Assembly: GCA_965248435.1 (NCBI GenBank)
Contig: OZ252100.1
Location: forward strand, 2,208,001 to 2,272,000
From: Candidatus Latescibacterota bacterium
Lineage (GTDB): Bacteria > Latescibacterota > UBA2968 > GCA-2709665
Length of the DNA stretch: 64,000 bases
Direction of reading: 5' to 3'
Below, piece by piece: positions 45,068 through 55,214 of this stretch; positions within the stretch are counted from its first letter, which is position 1, and every line of letters starts with the position of its first letter. A program made the position numbers and the translations under genes. The notes below the pieces were generated by a model. The model was not told the DNA's origin. It made no database searches and saw nothing but the letters and a program-made list of their open reading frames with translations.

Positions 45068-47491
45068 TCAAATCTCAAATGCTTGCACGAACTCGAGAAA
45101 GTCCAGAAAGTCCACCTCGCCACCGCCATCTAGATCGTACTTTTGATCAAAATTCGGATCCTCTTGTTTCTTCCCAAAATTCAGCGCAAATTCAATGAAA
45201 TCGAAGAAATCCACCTTGCCACTGCCGTTGAAGTCAGCGGTCGGAGGCGCAGGGGCGGATGCTGGGATCTCTCCGAGCCAGACGCCCCCGCCGTGTGTGC
45301 CAACCAAAATCTGATCTGTGTTGTGGGGACTGATCACGCCCGAAAGGACAAAGGTGTGGCCCAGGTCTGTGTTGACCTGCTCCCAGGCATCCCCGGCGTC
45401 GGCGCTTCGATAGAATCCGGCGTCGAGACCGGAGACGAAGTTCCACCATGGCTGGGAGGCGGCATAGACAATCTCCGGATCTTCAGGATCAACGAGGACG
45501 AGACCAACCCGGGGTTGATCTAGGACGTTCTGCCAGGTCGTGCCCTCGTCGGTGGATCTGAACAGCCCCCCCTCCAAACTCCAGGAATGGTTATCGGTCG
45601 CCCCTACGTAGACACGACCGGATGGATCTACAGCGACTGAAAGGACGTCCAGTCCAGACGCGCCGTCGAGTTTAGTCCAGTTCTGACCTCCGTCTGTGGT
45701 CTTGTAAAGCCCCCCGGTACCTTCTCCCTGGAGAGAGTTTAACCCCGCGTACAATGTCTGCGACTCCGCAGGATGAAGCGAAAGGGACCAGACCTTTGAG
45801 GAGCCAGACCCCAGGCCGCTGCTGGCAGAGACCCAGCTTTCACCCCCATCACCGGTCTTGTATACACCCTGACCGTAGATCGCGACATAGAGAATCCTGG
45901 CGTTCGCAGGACTGGTCGTATCCAGTACCAGGATCGACCTGCCTGCCGGTAGATTCTCACCGAGGTCGGTCCACGTTACGCCCCGATCCGTGCTCTTTAA
46001 TAGACGCCCGATAGAATACTGTGGATCGAGATCGGCGTCGTTCTCGCCATTGTCTCTACTAATGTATAGGTCGTCGGTCTCTGGATCTACGACTATGGAG
46101 TTCACGCTATCGTATCCGCCCGGCTTCTGGGTCGGATCCAATCGCAAAAAGCTGCTTCCTCCGTCATCCGATCGCCACAGCCCCATGTCGTCGTACGCGA
46201 TGTAGATCACATCTGCATCTGTGGGGTGGAATGCCTGCGAAAAGCTTTCCATCAATTCGATGCCTCTACCCCTCCACCCGCTGCCGACCTTCTCGGTATA
46301 GACCTGCTGCCAGGTCTCCCCACCGTCGCTGGACCTGCGTAAGAAGTCCCCCCCCGCGATCAGGATCTCAGGATTGCTGGACGAGATTTCCAGGAGGCTG
46401 ATATTGCCTTCGTTCCACCAGGCGCTATCCATCCATCCATAGGTGATGTCGGTATCGACCTTGGTCCAGGTATTTCCGCCGTCCGTTGTCTTGTGAACGC
46501 CCCACAGATCACCCCAACCGCCCAGGTTGGTGGCGGCATACAGGATGGCCGGGTCGGTGGGATGCACCACATATTTCCAGTAGTCATAGGCCGGTGGAGG
46601 GTCTTCAGGATCTTCGTAGGGTACAGTCGGCAGATCCCCGTTGATGGAAGTCCAACTGCCACCGTTGTCCGTGCTTTTGTAGATGCCGCCCTGTAAGGAA
46701 GATGGGTTAGACGAGTCACCCTCAGTACTCAAAGACAGAAAGAGGGTGATCTGTCCCCCGGAGTTGCAGAGGGCCAACCGCCTGGCATTTGTGTGGGGTA
46801 GGCCTGTGTTGATTGGGGTCCAGGAACTGCCGTTATCCTGACTTCGTGAGAGACCGGTGTCGGTGCTGACAAAGAGCTGTCTGTTGTCTGCAGGGCTGGT
46901 CGGGTCGATAAGAATGCTGTGAACCACCGCTTCTTCGTCCATCCCAGTATCCAGGAGAGACCAGCTTGTGCCACCGTCCGTGCTGCGATAGAGAGCGCCC
47001 CTGCCGTCTGAGTTGGCATCCGCATCCCCCACCCCGGCATATACGTTGAGTGGATTATCGGGATCGACAGCAACGTAGGACACGGGGATGGGATCCTCGT
47101 CTTCGCTTCTTTCGGTAGGGAAGATCCACGTCCAGTTCTGGGCGCCATCCGTGCTTTTGAACAGCCCTGACCACGTGCCCGCATACAGGGTTTGGGTACT
47201 CGAGGGATCGATAATCAGTTCCTGAACAGCATACACCCCAGCCGGTCGATTGCCGCTGTTCATGCCCTGGTTTGCCGCCCCCCACGTGGCGCCACCGTCC
47301 GTGGACTTGTAGATACCCTCGATATCCCCTCCAACGTAGATAACGTCGGGATCTGCAGGGTCGATGGCAACGGACATGAGAAAGCTCCCTGCGCCCGGTC
47401 CTACAGTGCGCCAGGTCATCTGCGCGATTGCAGACGCCGGGGCCACGAGCAGGGAGAATCCAATCAGCCAGACGCAAAGCTTAGTGGACAT
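45068..47491 (-). CDS. Secreted BNR/Asp-box (VPS10/GH74-like) beta-propeller protein with C-terminal dockerin-like EF-hand pair
   Basis: Signal peptide; more than 10 S/T-x-D-G-G-x-T/S-W boxes; PASAPAPP linker; DFNGSGKVDFFDF...DLDGGGEVDFLDF. Confidence 0.85.
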   Translation of the reverse strand: MSTKLCVWLIGFSLLVAPASAIAQMTWRTVGPGAGSFLMSVAIDPADPDVIYVGGDIEGIYKSTDGGATWGAANQGMNSGNRPAGVYAVQELIIDPSSTQTLYAGTWSGLFKSTDGAQNWTWIFPTERSEDEDPIPVSYVAVDPDNPLNVYAGVGDADANSDGRGALYRSTDGGTSWSLLDTGMDEEAVVHSILIDPTSPADNRQLFVSTDTGLSRSQDNGSSWTPINTGLPHTNARRLALCNSGGQITLFLSLSTEGDSSNPSSLQGGIYKSTDNGGSWTSINGDLPTVPYEDPEDPPPAYDYWKYVVHPTDPAILYAATNLGGWGDLWGVHKTTDGGNTWTKVDTDITYGWMDSAWWNEGNISLLEISSSNPEILIAGGDFLRRSSDGGETWQQVYTEKVGSGWRGRGIELMESFSQAFHPTDADVIYIAYDDMGLWRSDDGGSSFLRLDPTQKPGGYDSVNSIVVDPETDDLYISRDNGENDADLDPQYSIGRLLKSTDRGVTWTDLGENLPAGRSILVLDTTSPANARILYVAIYGQGVYKTGDGGESWVSASSGLGSGSSKVWSLSLHPAESQTLYAGLNSLQGEGTGGLYKTTDGGQNWTKLDGASGLDVLSVAVDPSGRVYVGATDNHSWSLEGGLFRSTDEGTTWQNVLDQPRVGLVLVDPEDPEIVYAASQPWWNFVSGLDAGFYRSADAGDAWEQVNTDLGHTFVLSGVISPHNTDQILVGTHGGGVWLGEIPASAPAPPTADFNGSGKVDFFDFIEFALNFGKKQEDPNFDQKYDLDGGGEVDFLDFLEFVQAFEI

Positions 47492-47726
47492 TGGACCTCA
47501 TTTCTACGATGAATGAAAGATGATAAAAGGAAAGGCTCAAGGCCACAAAGCCGATTCTAGATCAGGAATCGGTCTGAAGACCGTTGAGCCCGACTTCAAC
47601 GGAACTGGAAGAAAGCAATTTACACGATAGACGATCCCCCGACAGGCCTCACCTCGCGAAATCTAGATCTGACTTTTGGCGATGTCAAGCTTGTTGATAG
47701 GTGGCCTGCACGTCCTCATTCCAATG

Positions 47727-48176
47727 TCAGTCGCGCGCCATATCCCCTTGGTCGTCACCAGGAGTGTCTCCCTCACTCACCTGGAGATCCATCTCACTCC
47801 GATTGCCCCGAATGTATCTGGAGATGTCGACTGCATCGAGGACGAGGGCGATGACATTCAGTATGATCAAAAGGCGGAGCCATATGCCGACAGCTTCCTG
47901 GGCCGGATAAACTTCCAGGCTCGGCCAGACGAAGAACAGCATCGGAATCCAGAAGATATGGGCCAGTCCCAGCAGACGCGTGAATCCAACCATCCCGGTC
48001 AGGATGATCATAAGCGCAAAGCTTGCCATAAACGCCCCGAGGACGATCTGGGCTTCGAGCATTTGGATGAAGAAAAGAGGCGCAATCATATTGAGCCCAA
48101 CGAGAGCGACCATATACAGCTGCACTCGAAGCGGAAGATGGAGGAACCCCTTATTGAACCTGATGAAGGCATTCAT
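47727..48176 (-). CDS. Small multi-TM hypothetical protein
   Basis: Four hydrophobic segments; GFTRLLGLAHIFW. Confidence 0.7.
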   Translation of the reverse strand: MNAFIRFNKGFLHLPLRVQLYMVALVGLNMIAPLFFIQMLEAQIVLGAFMASFALMIILTGMVGFTRLLGLAHIFWIPMLFFVWPSLEVYPAQEAVGIWLRLLIILNVIALVLDAVDISRYIRGNRSEMDLQVSEGDTPGDDQGDMARD

Positions 48177-48318
48177 CTTAACTTCCCTCGCCGCCTAATT
48201 CACAGGCTGAACATATCGCGAAATTTCCTTGACATCTCCGTCCGGCTTGAAGAATAGTCATTCACCACTGTGGAGCCCATATCTAAATCTCCCCTCTCTT
48301 CCAGCATTCGCAGCATTG

Positions 48319-49395
48319 CTACTCTGCCGAGATGATCTCAAGCAAGGGGCGGTTGATGAAGAGATGATATTTTCCATAGAAGCGATCTTCCAGCAGGCCA
48401 GCTTCCGAAAGCTGCATTAGATAGCGGGTTGCCGTAGTATAGTGACACCCCACTTGAGCGGCTAGATTGACAGGGGTCACTATCGGATGCGAGAAGAGGT
48501 GATCTACGAGTCCCCTATTATAGATCTTCCGGTGCTCAGCCTTGATTCGCTCACTGTATTCTCGATACAGCCGCATGACTTTGAATAGGGTCACCTTGGT
48601 CTCCACAGATTGACTTTTGACCGCATCTAGAATAAACCTGATGTATGGCACCCATTGACTGTGAGTGGTAACGCCAAGGAGCAGACGGTAATAGTCGTCC
48701 TTTCTTACATTCACATACGCACTGAGGTAGAGTATTGGCATACTCAATAGCCCTGCCTGAACCAGGTGGAGGACCATGAGAATTCTTCCCGTACGGCCGT
48801 TCCCGTCAAGAAACGGGTGGATGGCCTCGAACTGATAGTGAGCTATTGCACACTTGATCAACGGATCGATCCCGTCCTCGTGATGAATGAACTGCTCCAA
48901 ATTCGCTAGCAGCCGGCCGATCTCGTTCGCCATTGGAGGGGTGTAAACGGCCGCTCCCGTTTTGCTGTTCTCAATACGATTCTGCGTCCTTCGGAATCCA
49001 TGACTCGCTTTGGGCAGCAGCTGCTTGTGGATACCCAGTATGAGACGACTTGAAATGGGGAGATTTTGCATCTGATCGTGGCCCCAGATGATTGCGTTTC
49101 GGTAGTTCAATACCTCCCTATCCGGCTCACGTTGTTCAAGCTCGGGGAAAAGTTGCTGTTGGAGAACCTGCTCGACTGTGGTGTTTATGTTTTCGATGCT
49201 GGAGCTATCCACGGACTCTCTGATGAGCGCGGGAGAAGTCAGGAGGAACGGGTTTGGTAAGGAGAAGGCATACCCCTTCAACTCCCCTAGCTCCGTGCGA
49301 GTTTTCAGTAGCAGATCAACATAGGCCTCACTACGAAAGTCGCCTTTAGGAGGCAGTTCTGGAAGGATATGTGGAATGGTCGCGTCAAATGACAT
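48319..49395 (-). CDS. Fic family protein (class II-type)
   Basis: HPFLDGNGRTGR catalytic motif; N-terminal inhibitory-like SSSIEN; C-terminal wHTH-like region. Confidence 0.93.
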   Translation of the reverse strand: MSFDATIPHILPELPPKGDFRSEAYVDLLLKTRTELGELKGYAFSLPNPFLLTSPALIRESVDSSSIENINTTVEQVLQQQLFPELEQREPDREVLNYRNAIIWGHDQMQNLPISSRLILGIHKQLLPKASHGFRRTQNRIENSKTGAAVYTPPMANEIGRLLANLEQFIHHEDGIDPLIKCAIAHYQFEAIHPFLDGNGRTGRILMVLHLVQAGLLSMPILYLSAYVNVRKDDYYRLLLGVTTHSQWVPYIRFILDAVKSQSVETKVTLFKVMRLYREYSERIKAEHRKIYNRGLVDHLFSHPIVTPVNLAAQVGCHYTTATRYLMQLSEAGLLEDRFYGKYHLFINRPLLEIISAE

Positions 49396-49512
49396 ATTAC
49401 ACCTAATATATCACAAAAATTGAAAAAATACAACATATGAGACGAAGCTCCAAAACATGTCCATCGTGTCCATTACGGGTGTCAGAGTCATAATCCTATG
49501 TTCTAGAGTCGG

Positions 49513-49583
49513 TTAGGGAAGTGTCGCATTGAGTGACATACGGCTATAGATATATCACAAAAATATGGAATTCTGCACATGAT
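49513..49583 (-). pseudogene. Degenerate duplicate of the fic upstream region and first codons
   Basis: ATGTCACTCAATGCGACACTTCCCTAA (MSLNATLP*) versus fic MSFDATIPH; shared TTTTTGTGATATAT upstream; offset 144 nt. Confidence 0.55.
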
Positions 49584-49738
49584 ACCGTACGGGAACTACC
49601 GACAATCGGGGTGGGTTCAGGAGGTTCTTGAACTTAATTTATTGATATTTCATGGGTTTGTATGCGAATCTTTTCTAATGGCCGACATATTGCACGCCTC
49701 CGAGGCTTGTATTGAAAAACCGCCTCGGCCCACCTATT

Positions 49739-50422
49739 CTAGGAACAGCACGGCGAGGCGGGCTCTTCCTGCCCGCCTTCTTGCTTTTCCAGCAGCTTCT
49801 CGGCCCACCGTTTCCAGTCCGAGGAGATCTGAGGCGCCAAAAGGAGTCGTTCCGCCTCATCTCGGTCACGGGTGTAGATGCGGAAGACATCGCCGATCGA
49901 CAAGTCGTGATCGGGTCGCTCTATGACCTGGATTTCGTCACCGGCGCCCACGTCGCCCTCGACAGAAATCCTAAAGTAAGTGCCCGGACGCAACGCCTCG
50001 GTGAATCGGCGGGGGAACCGCTTGTCTTCCATCCGAGCCCCCAACCGCCAGCACGGGACGCGCGGCTCTGATACCTCGAGGATCGTGCTTCCGATCTCCC
50101 AGCGCTCCCCCACAAGCGCGTTGGTGACATCGATCCCTTCCGTCGTAAGGTTCTCTCCGAACTGGCCGAACTCCAGCTCGAGACCGAGTTCCTCCTCCCA
50201 CCACCGCGTGTCCTCGACGGCGTAGGCGTAAACGGCCTTGTCCGGCCCTCCGTGTGCATCGCGGTCCGCCTGGTCGTCTCCTTCCAGATTCACGCCCCGA
50301 GCAGCGACCCGACCCGTGACGGGCGACTTCCAGATGGCGCTTACAGCCGGACGGCCGTTGTAGTCGAACTCCCGGATGCCGCCCACATTCACCGAGAGAA
50401 CTGTTCCTTGACGGGACACCAT
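49739..50422 (-). CDS. MOSC domain protein (YiiM-like)
   Basis: GDDQAD..HGGPDKAVYAY, FGENLT, PRVPCWRL, 3-alpha C-terminus. Confidence 0.9.
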   Translation of the reverse strand: MVSRQGTVLSVNVGGIREFDYNGRPAVSAIWKSPVTGRVAARGVNLEGDDQADRDAHGGPDKAVYAYAVEDTRWWEEELGLELEFGQFGENLTTEGIDVTNALVGERWEIGSTILEVSEPRVPCWRLGARMEDKRFPRRFTEALRPGTYFRISVEGDVGAGDEIQVIERPDHDLSIGDVFRIYTRDRDEAERLLLAPQISSDWKRWAEKLLEKQEGGQEEPASPCCS

Positions 50423-50461
50423 CTCACCTCCTTCTCTTTGTCAGCCTGCTTGCTTCCTTGA

Positions 50462-51709
50462 TCACAGCTCTGCATCCGCCATATCCACCATATGAACCGT
50501 CTCCCCCCCGCTGTCGATCGACTTCAGTGCTGCCATGATCATCCGCGTCGCCTCGCACCCCTGCCGCGCGCTCACCGGCGACGGCGCCCCGTCACAAAAT
50601 TTCCGAATCTGCCGAACCAGCTCCAGGTCGGCGCCGAAGTGTGTGGAGCCGAACGTCTCGTGCTTGCAGTCGATCACCTCGTGCGTCGAGCCGTAATCGG
50701 TCACGATGTCGATCATCCCAGTATGACGCGTCAGTATGATCCGACCCTTCGTCCCGACGAGCTCCAGGGTCTCCTGGTCTTCGGCCTTCGGCCCGAAAAA
50801 GCTCAGGAAGAGCGAGGCCACCATCCCGTTTTCGTACGCCACCTGAACGACCGCGTGGTCCAGGATGTCCGCGCCAGGCTTGTAGACACATGTGTCTGCC
50901 CGGCTGTAGTCATCTGTGGCATCCACCCAGGAATCCCCCGTCGCAGACCTGCCTTCCTGACTCACCGTCTTGTCACGCGTCGGGTCGACGCGATAGGGGC
51001 ATTCCAGATCGCACTCCATACACCGCTCCGGGTAGCCTTCTCTCGGGAGAAACACGCGGCGGCCTCCGAATCCAGTGATCTTTTCGGCGCGGCTCCCGGT
51101 GAACCAGTTGAACACATCCATGTGGTGCGACGACTTGTCGTTCACCGCATCCCCCGACCACTCGCGCCGCCGCGTCCAGCGGTGAAAGAAGTTGTGGAAC
51201 GGAATGATGTCCCGAATCTGGATCATGTGCAGTTCGCCGATCACTCCAGACTGAAGCAGATCATACGCCTTCAGCCACGACCTCTCGTATCGCCTCGTGA
51301 ATCCAAGAATCATCGGGTTCTTTGTCCTCTTCTCCGCCTCCGCAATCGCGATCGCGTCCTCCAGCGTATGCGCAATCGGCTTGTCCAGGTAGACCTTCTT
51401 CCCGGACTCGAGGGCGGCGACCGCCGGGTCTTTGTGCGCGCACTGCGGGGTCGTCACCACCACCAGATCGACATCCGGCCGGTCGATCAGGGCCTGGGGA
51501 TCGTCGGTGCCGGCGATCTCGAGGTCGACGCCCCGATCCCGAAAGAGCAGTTGGAGATGCCCTCGAGATTCTTCGAGCCGGTCCGGATAGATGTCGCACA
51601 ACGCGGTCACCCGCATGTCGACCTCTTCTGCAAGATCGGTCATGCGCCCGGCCAGGTTGTTGATGCCGCGATGTCCCGAACCGATGATGCCGACGTGGAT
51701 GGGATCCAT
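50462..51709 (-). CDS. Gfo/Idh/MocA oxidoreductase
   Basis: GIIGSGHRG, LDKPIA, GFTRRY, DKSSHHMD. Confidence 0.9.
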   Translation of the reverse strand: MDPIHVGIIGSGHRGINNLAGRMTDLAEEVDMRVTALCDIYPDRLEESRGHLQLLFRDRGVDLEIAGTDDPQALIDRPDVDLVVVTTPQCAHKDPAVAALESGKKVYLDKPIAHTLEDAIAIAEAEKRTKNPMILGFTRRYERSWLKAYDLLQSGVIGELHMIQIRDIIPFHNFFHRWTRRREWSGDAVNDKSSHHMDVFNWFTGSRAEKITGFGGRRVFLPREGYPERCMECDLECPYRVDPTRDKTVSQEGRSATGDSWVDATDDYSRADTCVYKPGADILDHAVVQVAYENGMVASLFLSFFGPKAEDQETLELVGTKGRIILTRHTGMIDIVTDYGSTHEVIDCKHETFGSTHFGADLELVRQIRKFCDGAPSPVSARQGCEATRMIMAALKSIDSGGETVHMVDMADAEL

Positions 51710-51879
51710 AGGATTCCTCAGGTCTTGGAGACGAAGGTGAAACCGTTGACGACGCACAGCAGAACGACGAGCATGGGACCTGTAATATTCGTAAATTGGC
51801 TACACAAAGCAACGTCCGCCTCCGCCCTCCGGATCCAACGCATCGCAGTACATCAATGAATTCAGCTAACGAGAAGCTA

Positions 51880-52015
51880 CCGAGTTCCCGAGTGGGCCGA
51901 GTGGCGACCGCCGCGAGGCTCGTATCGAGGGACCGGTTTCGCTCAGGTAATACCGACCCCTCGATACAATCCCTCGTCGCACTGCCTTCGGCCGCGACTC
52001 GGGATCACTCGGGGA
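51880..52015. repeat. Palindromic REP-like element
   Basis: CCGAGTTCCCGAGT...ACTCGGGATCACTCGG ends; GTATCGAGGG/CCCTCGATAC inside. Confidence 0.6.
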
Positions 52016-52049
52016 TACGGTTGTTTTAGGTTCTGATAAGGGGAAAATA

Positions 52050-52856
52050 ATGATCAAGCTCGGAACACTCTGTTCGCAAGCAACAGATCTCGAAACCTTT
52101 ATCGAATCTGTGAGCGAGTTCAGGCTGGATACGATCGATTTCCTGCGGCGCGCCTTTCCAGCCACCGATCAGGCCTATCTCAGGCAGATCAGGATGAAGT
52201 GCCTCGAAAACGGTCTGCCGATCGGCTACCTCGGCGTGAGCGGAGGGTTCGTCGGTTCCGACGACGAGATACGAGACCGCGTAGAGACGGCGAAAGAGAC
52301 GGTCGACATGGCCGTCTTCGTGGGCGCACAGCTCGTCCGGGTCTTTGGCGGGTCATACCCGCCGGGCACGCGGGACCTGGAGCCCTTCTGGCCGAAAATG
52401 ATCGCAAGCCACCAGGAGATCGCCGATTACGCGTTGGAGAAGGGAGTGATCGTCGCCCTGCAGAACCACGACAACAACAACCTGGCAGCCACATCCGAGG
52501 ATGTGCTGCGCATCCTGCGGGAAGTGGACCGGTCCAATTTCTCCTTCATTATGGACACCGGGCAATGGAAGGGATCGCCAGGGGCCTCACCCAAAGGCGA
52601 GCCCGATCCTGACGCGGACATCTATGCCTACATGGAGGAGACGGTGTCGCACGCCACCTGCGTGCGCACCAAGATCTACCGCATCGACAGCGGCGTCGAG
52701 GAATGGCTGGACTACGGTAGGATTTTCCAGATCCTCAAAGCCGCGGGCTACAACGGAAATCTCTCCGTCGTTTATGAGGGCCAGGGAGATCCTCACGTGG
52801 ACATCGGGAAGGCGGTGATCTATCTCAGGAGACTGCTGGCCGAGAATGGAATGTGA
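52050..52856 (+). CDS. Sugar phosphate isomerase/epimerase (xylose-isomerase-like TIM barrel), copy 1
   Basis: VRVFGG, ALQNHD, MDTGQW, GYNGNLSVVYEG. Confidence 0.88.
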   Translation: MIKLGTLCSQATDLETFIESVSEFRLDTIDFLRRAFPATDQAYLRQIRMKCLENGLPIGYLGVSGGFVGSDDEIRDRVETAKETVDMAVFVGAQLVRVFGGSYPPGTRDLEPFWPKMIASHQEIADYALEKGVIVALQNHDNNNLAATSEDVLRILREVDRSNFSFIMDTGQWKGSPGASPKGEPDPDADIYAYMEETVSHATCVRTKIYRIDSGVEEWLDYGRIFQILKAAGYNGNLSVVYEGQGDPHVDIGKAVIYLRRLLAENGM

Positions 52857-52861
52857 TAAAT

Positions 52862-52940
52862 CGGACCGCAGACGGCAGACGGCGGACGGCGGACGGCCTG
52901 ATGAGTAGGCCGCTTTGCGCGGTCCGCGGTCTGTGGTCGT
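52862..52940. repeat. Heptamer inverted repeat element, copy 5
   Basis: CGGACCGCAGACGGCAGACGGCGGACGGCGGACGG...GCGGTCCGCGGTCTGTGGTCG. Confidence 0.65.
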
Positions 52941-52969
52941 GAATAGCTTCCCATCCATAGCCTGCAGAG

Positions 52970-53389
52970 GGATACGAGGAAGAATACGCTGCGCTCGAGC
53001 CGATCGTCAGCCGGTTCCCACAGGTGAATGTCGTTTTCGATCACCTCGCGGCGGTGCCAGCGAACGAGGCACCGCCCTATCCCCTCCTGAACATCCTCCT
53101 CCGATTCGCTCAGTATCCCAACGTTTATGTCAAGGTCTCCAACGTGTGCCACCGGTCGGAGGAACCCTATCCGCACCGGGACACCTTTCCGATAATCCAC
53201 CAGGTCTACGATGCCTTCGGCCCGGAGCGGCTGATGTGGGGATCCGACTTTCCTCACGTCATCAGGCCGGGTGCAACCGGCTATGTAGAGTCCCTTGACC
53301 TCATCCGGAAGGAGATCGACTTCTTCACGGAAGAAGATCTGGAGTGGATCCTGTGCAAGACGATCCAGAAGATCTGGCAGTTCGATTGA
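52970..53389 (+). pseudogene. 5'-truncated amidohydrolase paralog
   Basis: YAALEPIV...IWQFD matches the C-terminal half of 54372-55196; the N-terminal DPHLH half and RBS are absent. Confidence 0.8.
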
Positions 53390-53399
53390 GAGGAGAGAG

Positions 53400-54206
53400 A
53401 TGATCAAAGTCGGATGTCTGCATCCGCTGTCGCCCGATATCGAATCCTTTATTGAATCCGTGAATGAGTTCAGGCTGGATACGATCGATTTTCTTCGCCG
53501 AGCCTTTTCCTCAACGGATCCGACCTACCTCCGGCACATCAAAATGCTGTGCCTCAAACACGGCCTGCCCGTCGGCTACCTCGGGGTCAGCGGGGGATTT
53601 GTGGGACCGGACGATGAGGTGCGGGCTCGCGTCGACACGGCGAAGGAAACGGTGGACGTGGCCCTCTTCATGGGCGCGCCGCTGGTCCGAGTGTTTGGCG
53701 GTTCTTACCGACCTGGGACGGAGGATCTCGAACCGCTTTGGCCGAATATGATCGCGAGCCACCAGGAGATCGCCGACTACGCGCTGGAGAAGGGCGTGAT
53801 CGTGGCCCTGCAGAACCACGACAACAACAACCTCGCGGCCACGTCGGAGGATGTGCTCAGAATTCTCCGAGAAGTGGATCGGCCGAATTTCTCATTTATC
53901 ATGGATACCGGGCAGTGGCGAGGGTCGATCGGGGCCTCGCCCAAAGGAGAGCCCGATCCGGACGCGGACATCTATGCCTACATGGAGGAGACCGTCTCGC
54001 ACGCCGTTTGCGTGCGTACGAAGTTCTACCGGATCGACAGCGGCGTGGAAGAGTGGCTGGATTACGATCGGATCATCCAGATCCTCAAAGAGGCCGACTA
54101 TAACGGTAACCTCTCCATCGCCTATGAGGGCCAGGGTGATCCGCTCGTGGACATCGGGAAGGCGGCTAACTACCTCAGGAGGCTGCTGGCCGAGAATGGG
54201 ATGTGA
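53400..54206 (+). CDS. Sugar phosphate isomerase/epimerase, copy 2
   Basis: Same length (268 aa) as 52050-52856 and highly similar; GAGGAG RBS. Confidence 0.88.
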   Translation: MIKVGCLHPLSPDIESFIESVNEFRLDTIDFLRRAFSSTDPTYLRHIKMLCLKHGLPVGYLGVSGGFVGPDDEVRARVDTAKETVDVALFMGAPLVRVFGGSYRPGTEDLEPLWPNMIASHQEIADYALEKGVIVALQNHDNNNLAATSEDVLRILREVDRPNFSFIMDTGQWRGSIGASPKGEPDPDADIYAYMEETVSHAVCVRTKFYRIDSGVEEWLDYDRIIQILKEADYNGNLSIAYEGQGDPLVDIGKAANYLRRLLAENGM

Positions 54207-54212
54207 TATGCC

Positions 54213-54300
54213 AGACCGCGGACGGCAGACGGCGGACCGCAGAATGAATCGGCCGATTCGTTCTGTGTTGGGTGGTCTGTCGTCCGTAGTCCGCGGTCGT
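54213..54300. repeat. Heptamer inverted repeat element, copy 6
   Basis: AGACCGCGGACGGCAGACGGCGGACCG...GGTCTGTCGTCCGTAGTCCGCGGTCG. Confidence 0.65.
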
Positions 54301-54371
54301 GAATAACTTCCTTTTCTATGGACGACATGGGGAAGTTGTTTCGTGTCAAACCGATTGAAAAGGAGACAGCC

Positions 54372-55196
54372 GTGATCATCGATCCCCACCTTCACGTCTA
54401 CAGCAGTGATACAGCCCGCTACCCTATAACGGGCCCAAGACCCGAACAGGATGGATCGGTTGAGCTGTTGAACCGAACCATGGCGGAGGCCGGGGTCGAA
54501 AAGGCGGTGATTGTTCAACCCAAACACTATCTGTTCGACAACCGCTACGTGGCGGACTGTCTGAAGCAGTTCCCCGGCAAGTTTGCGGCGGTCGGTCTCG
54601 TAGACCCCACGGCCCCGGACGCACCCGACCGTCTGGAGGAATTGATCACGGAGCACGGCTTCGGCGGCATGCGGCTGCACCTGGGGCGATACGGACCGCC
54701 GTCCGTGCTTGCGGCGACGGACAAAGATCCGATCTGGCAGCGCGCGGAGGAACTGGGGGTCTGTTTTACGCTGTTTGGAAGGGCCCAGGATTACGCGGCA
54801 CTCGAACCGATCGTCGGCCGGTTTCCGAAAGTAAATGTGGTGATCGATCACCTGGCTGGCGTGCCCGCTAGTGAAGCACCGCCTCATCCGCTCCTGGAAA
54901 TCCTTCTTCGCTTCGCCAGTTACCCGAACGTCTATGTGAAGGTCTCCAATGTGGGTGGCAGGTCGAGCGAACCCTATCCGCACCGGGACACGTTTCCGAT
55001 GATCCGCAGAGTCTACGACGCCTTCGGCCCTGAGCGGCTGATGTGGGGAACCGATTTTCCACACGTGTTCAGACCGGGTGCAACAGGATACCTGGAGTGT
55101 CTGGACCTGATCCGGAAACACATCGACTTCTTCACAGACGACGACCTGGAGTGGATCCTCTGCAAGACGATCCAGAAGATCTGGCAGTTCGATTGA
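54372..55196 (+). CDS. Amidohydrolase-2 family (sugar lactonase-like)
   Basis: IIDPHLH, IDHLA, YVKVS, FGPERLMWGTDFP. AAGGAG RBS before GTG. Confidence 0.88.
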   Translation: MIIDPHLHVYSSDTARYPITGPRPEQDGSVELLNRTMAEAGVEKAVIVQPKHYLFDNRYVADCLKQFPGKFAAVGLVDPTAPDAPDRLEELITEHGFGGMRLHLGRYGPPSVLAATDKDPIWQRAEELGVCFTLFGRAQDYAALEPIVGRFPKVNVVIDHLAGVPASEAPPHPLLEILLRFASYPNVYVKVSNVGGRSSEPYPHRDTFPMIRRVYDAFGPERLMWGTDFPHVFRPGATGYLECLDLIRKHIDFFTDDDLEWILCKTIQKIWQFD

Positions 55197-55214
55197 CAAA
55201 CGCGCGATGACCTG

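Noticed and set aside
44865-49600. Integrative element at tRNA-Val (or tRNA-Phe)
   Set aside because: No integrase, and I found no duplicated tRNA 3' end by eye.
50492-55199. Long opposite-strand ORFs (50492-51859, 53892-55199)
   Set aside because: Antisense shadows of well-supported genes, with no recognisable motifs.
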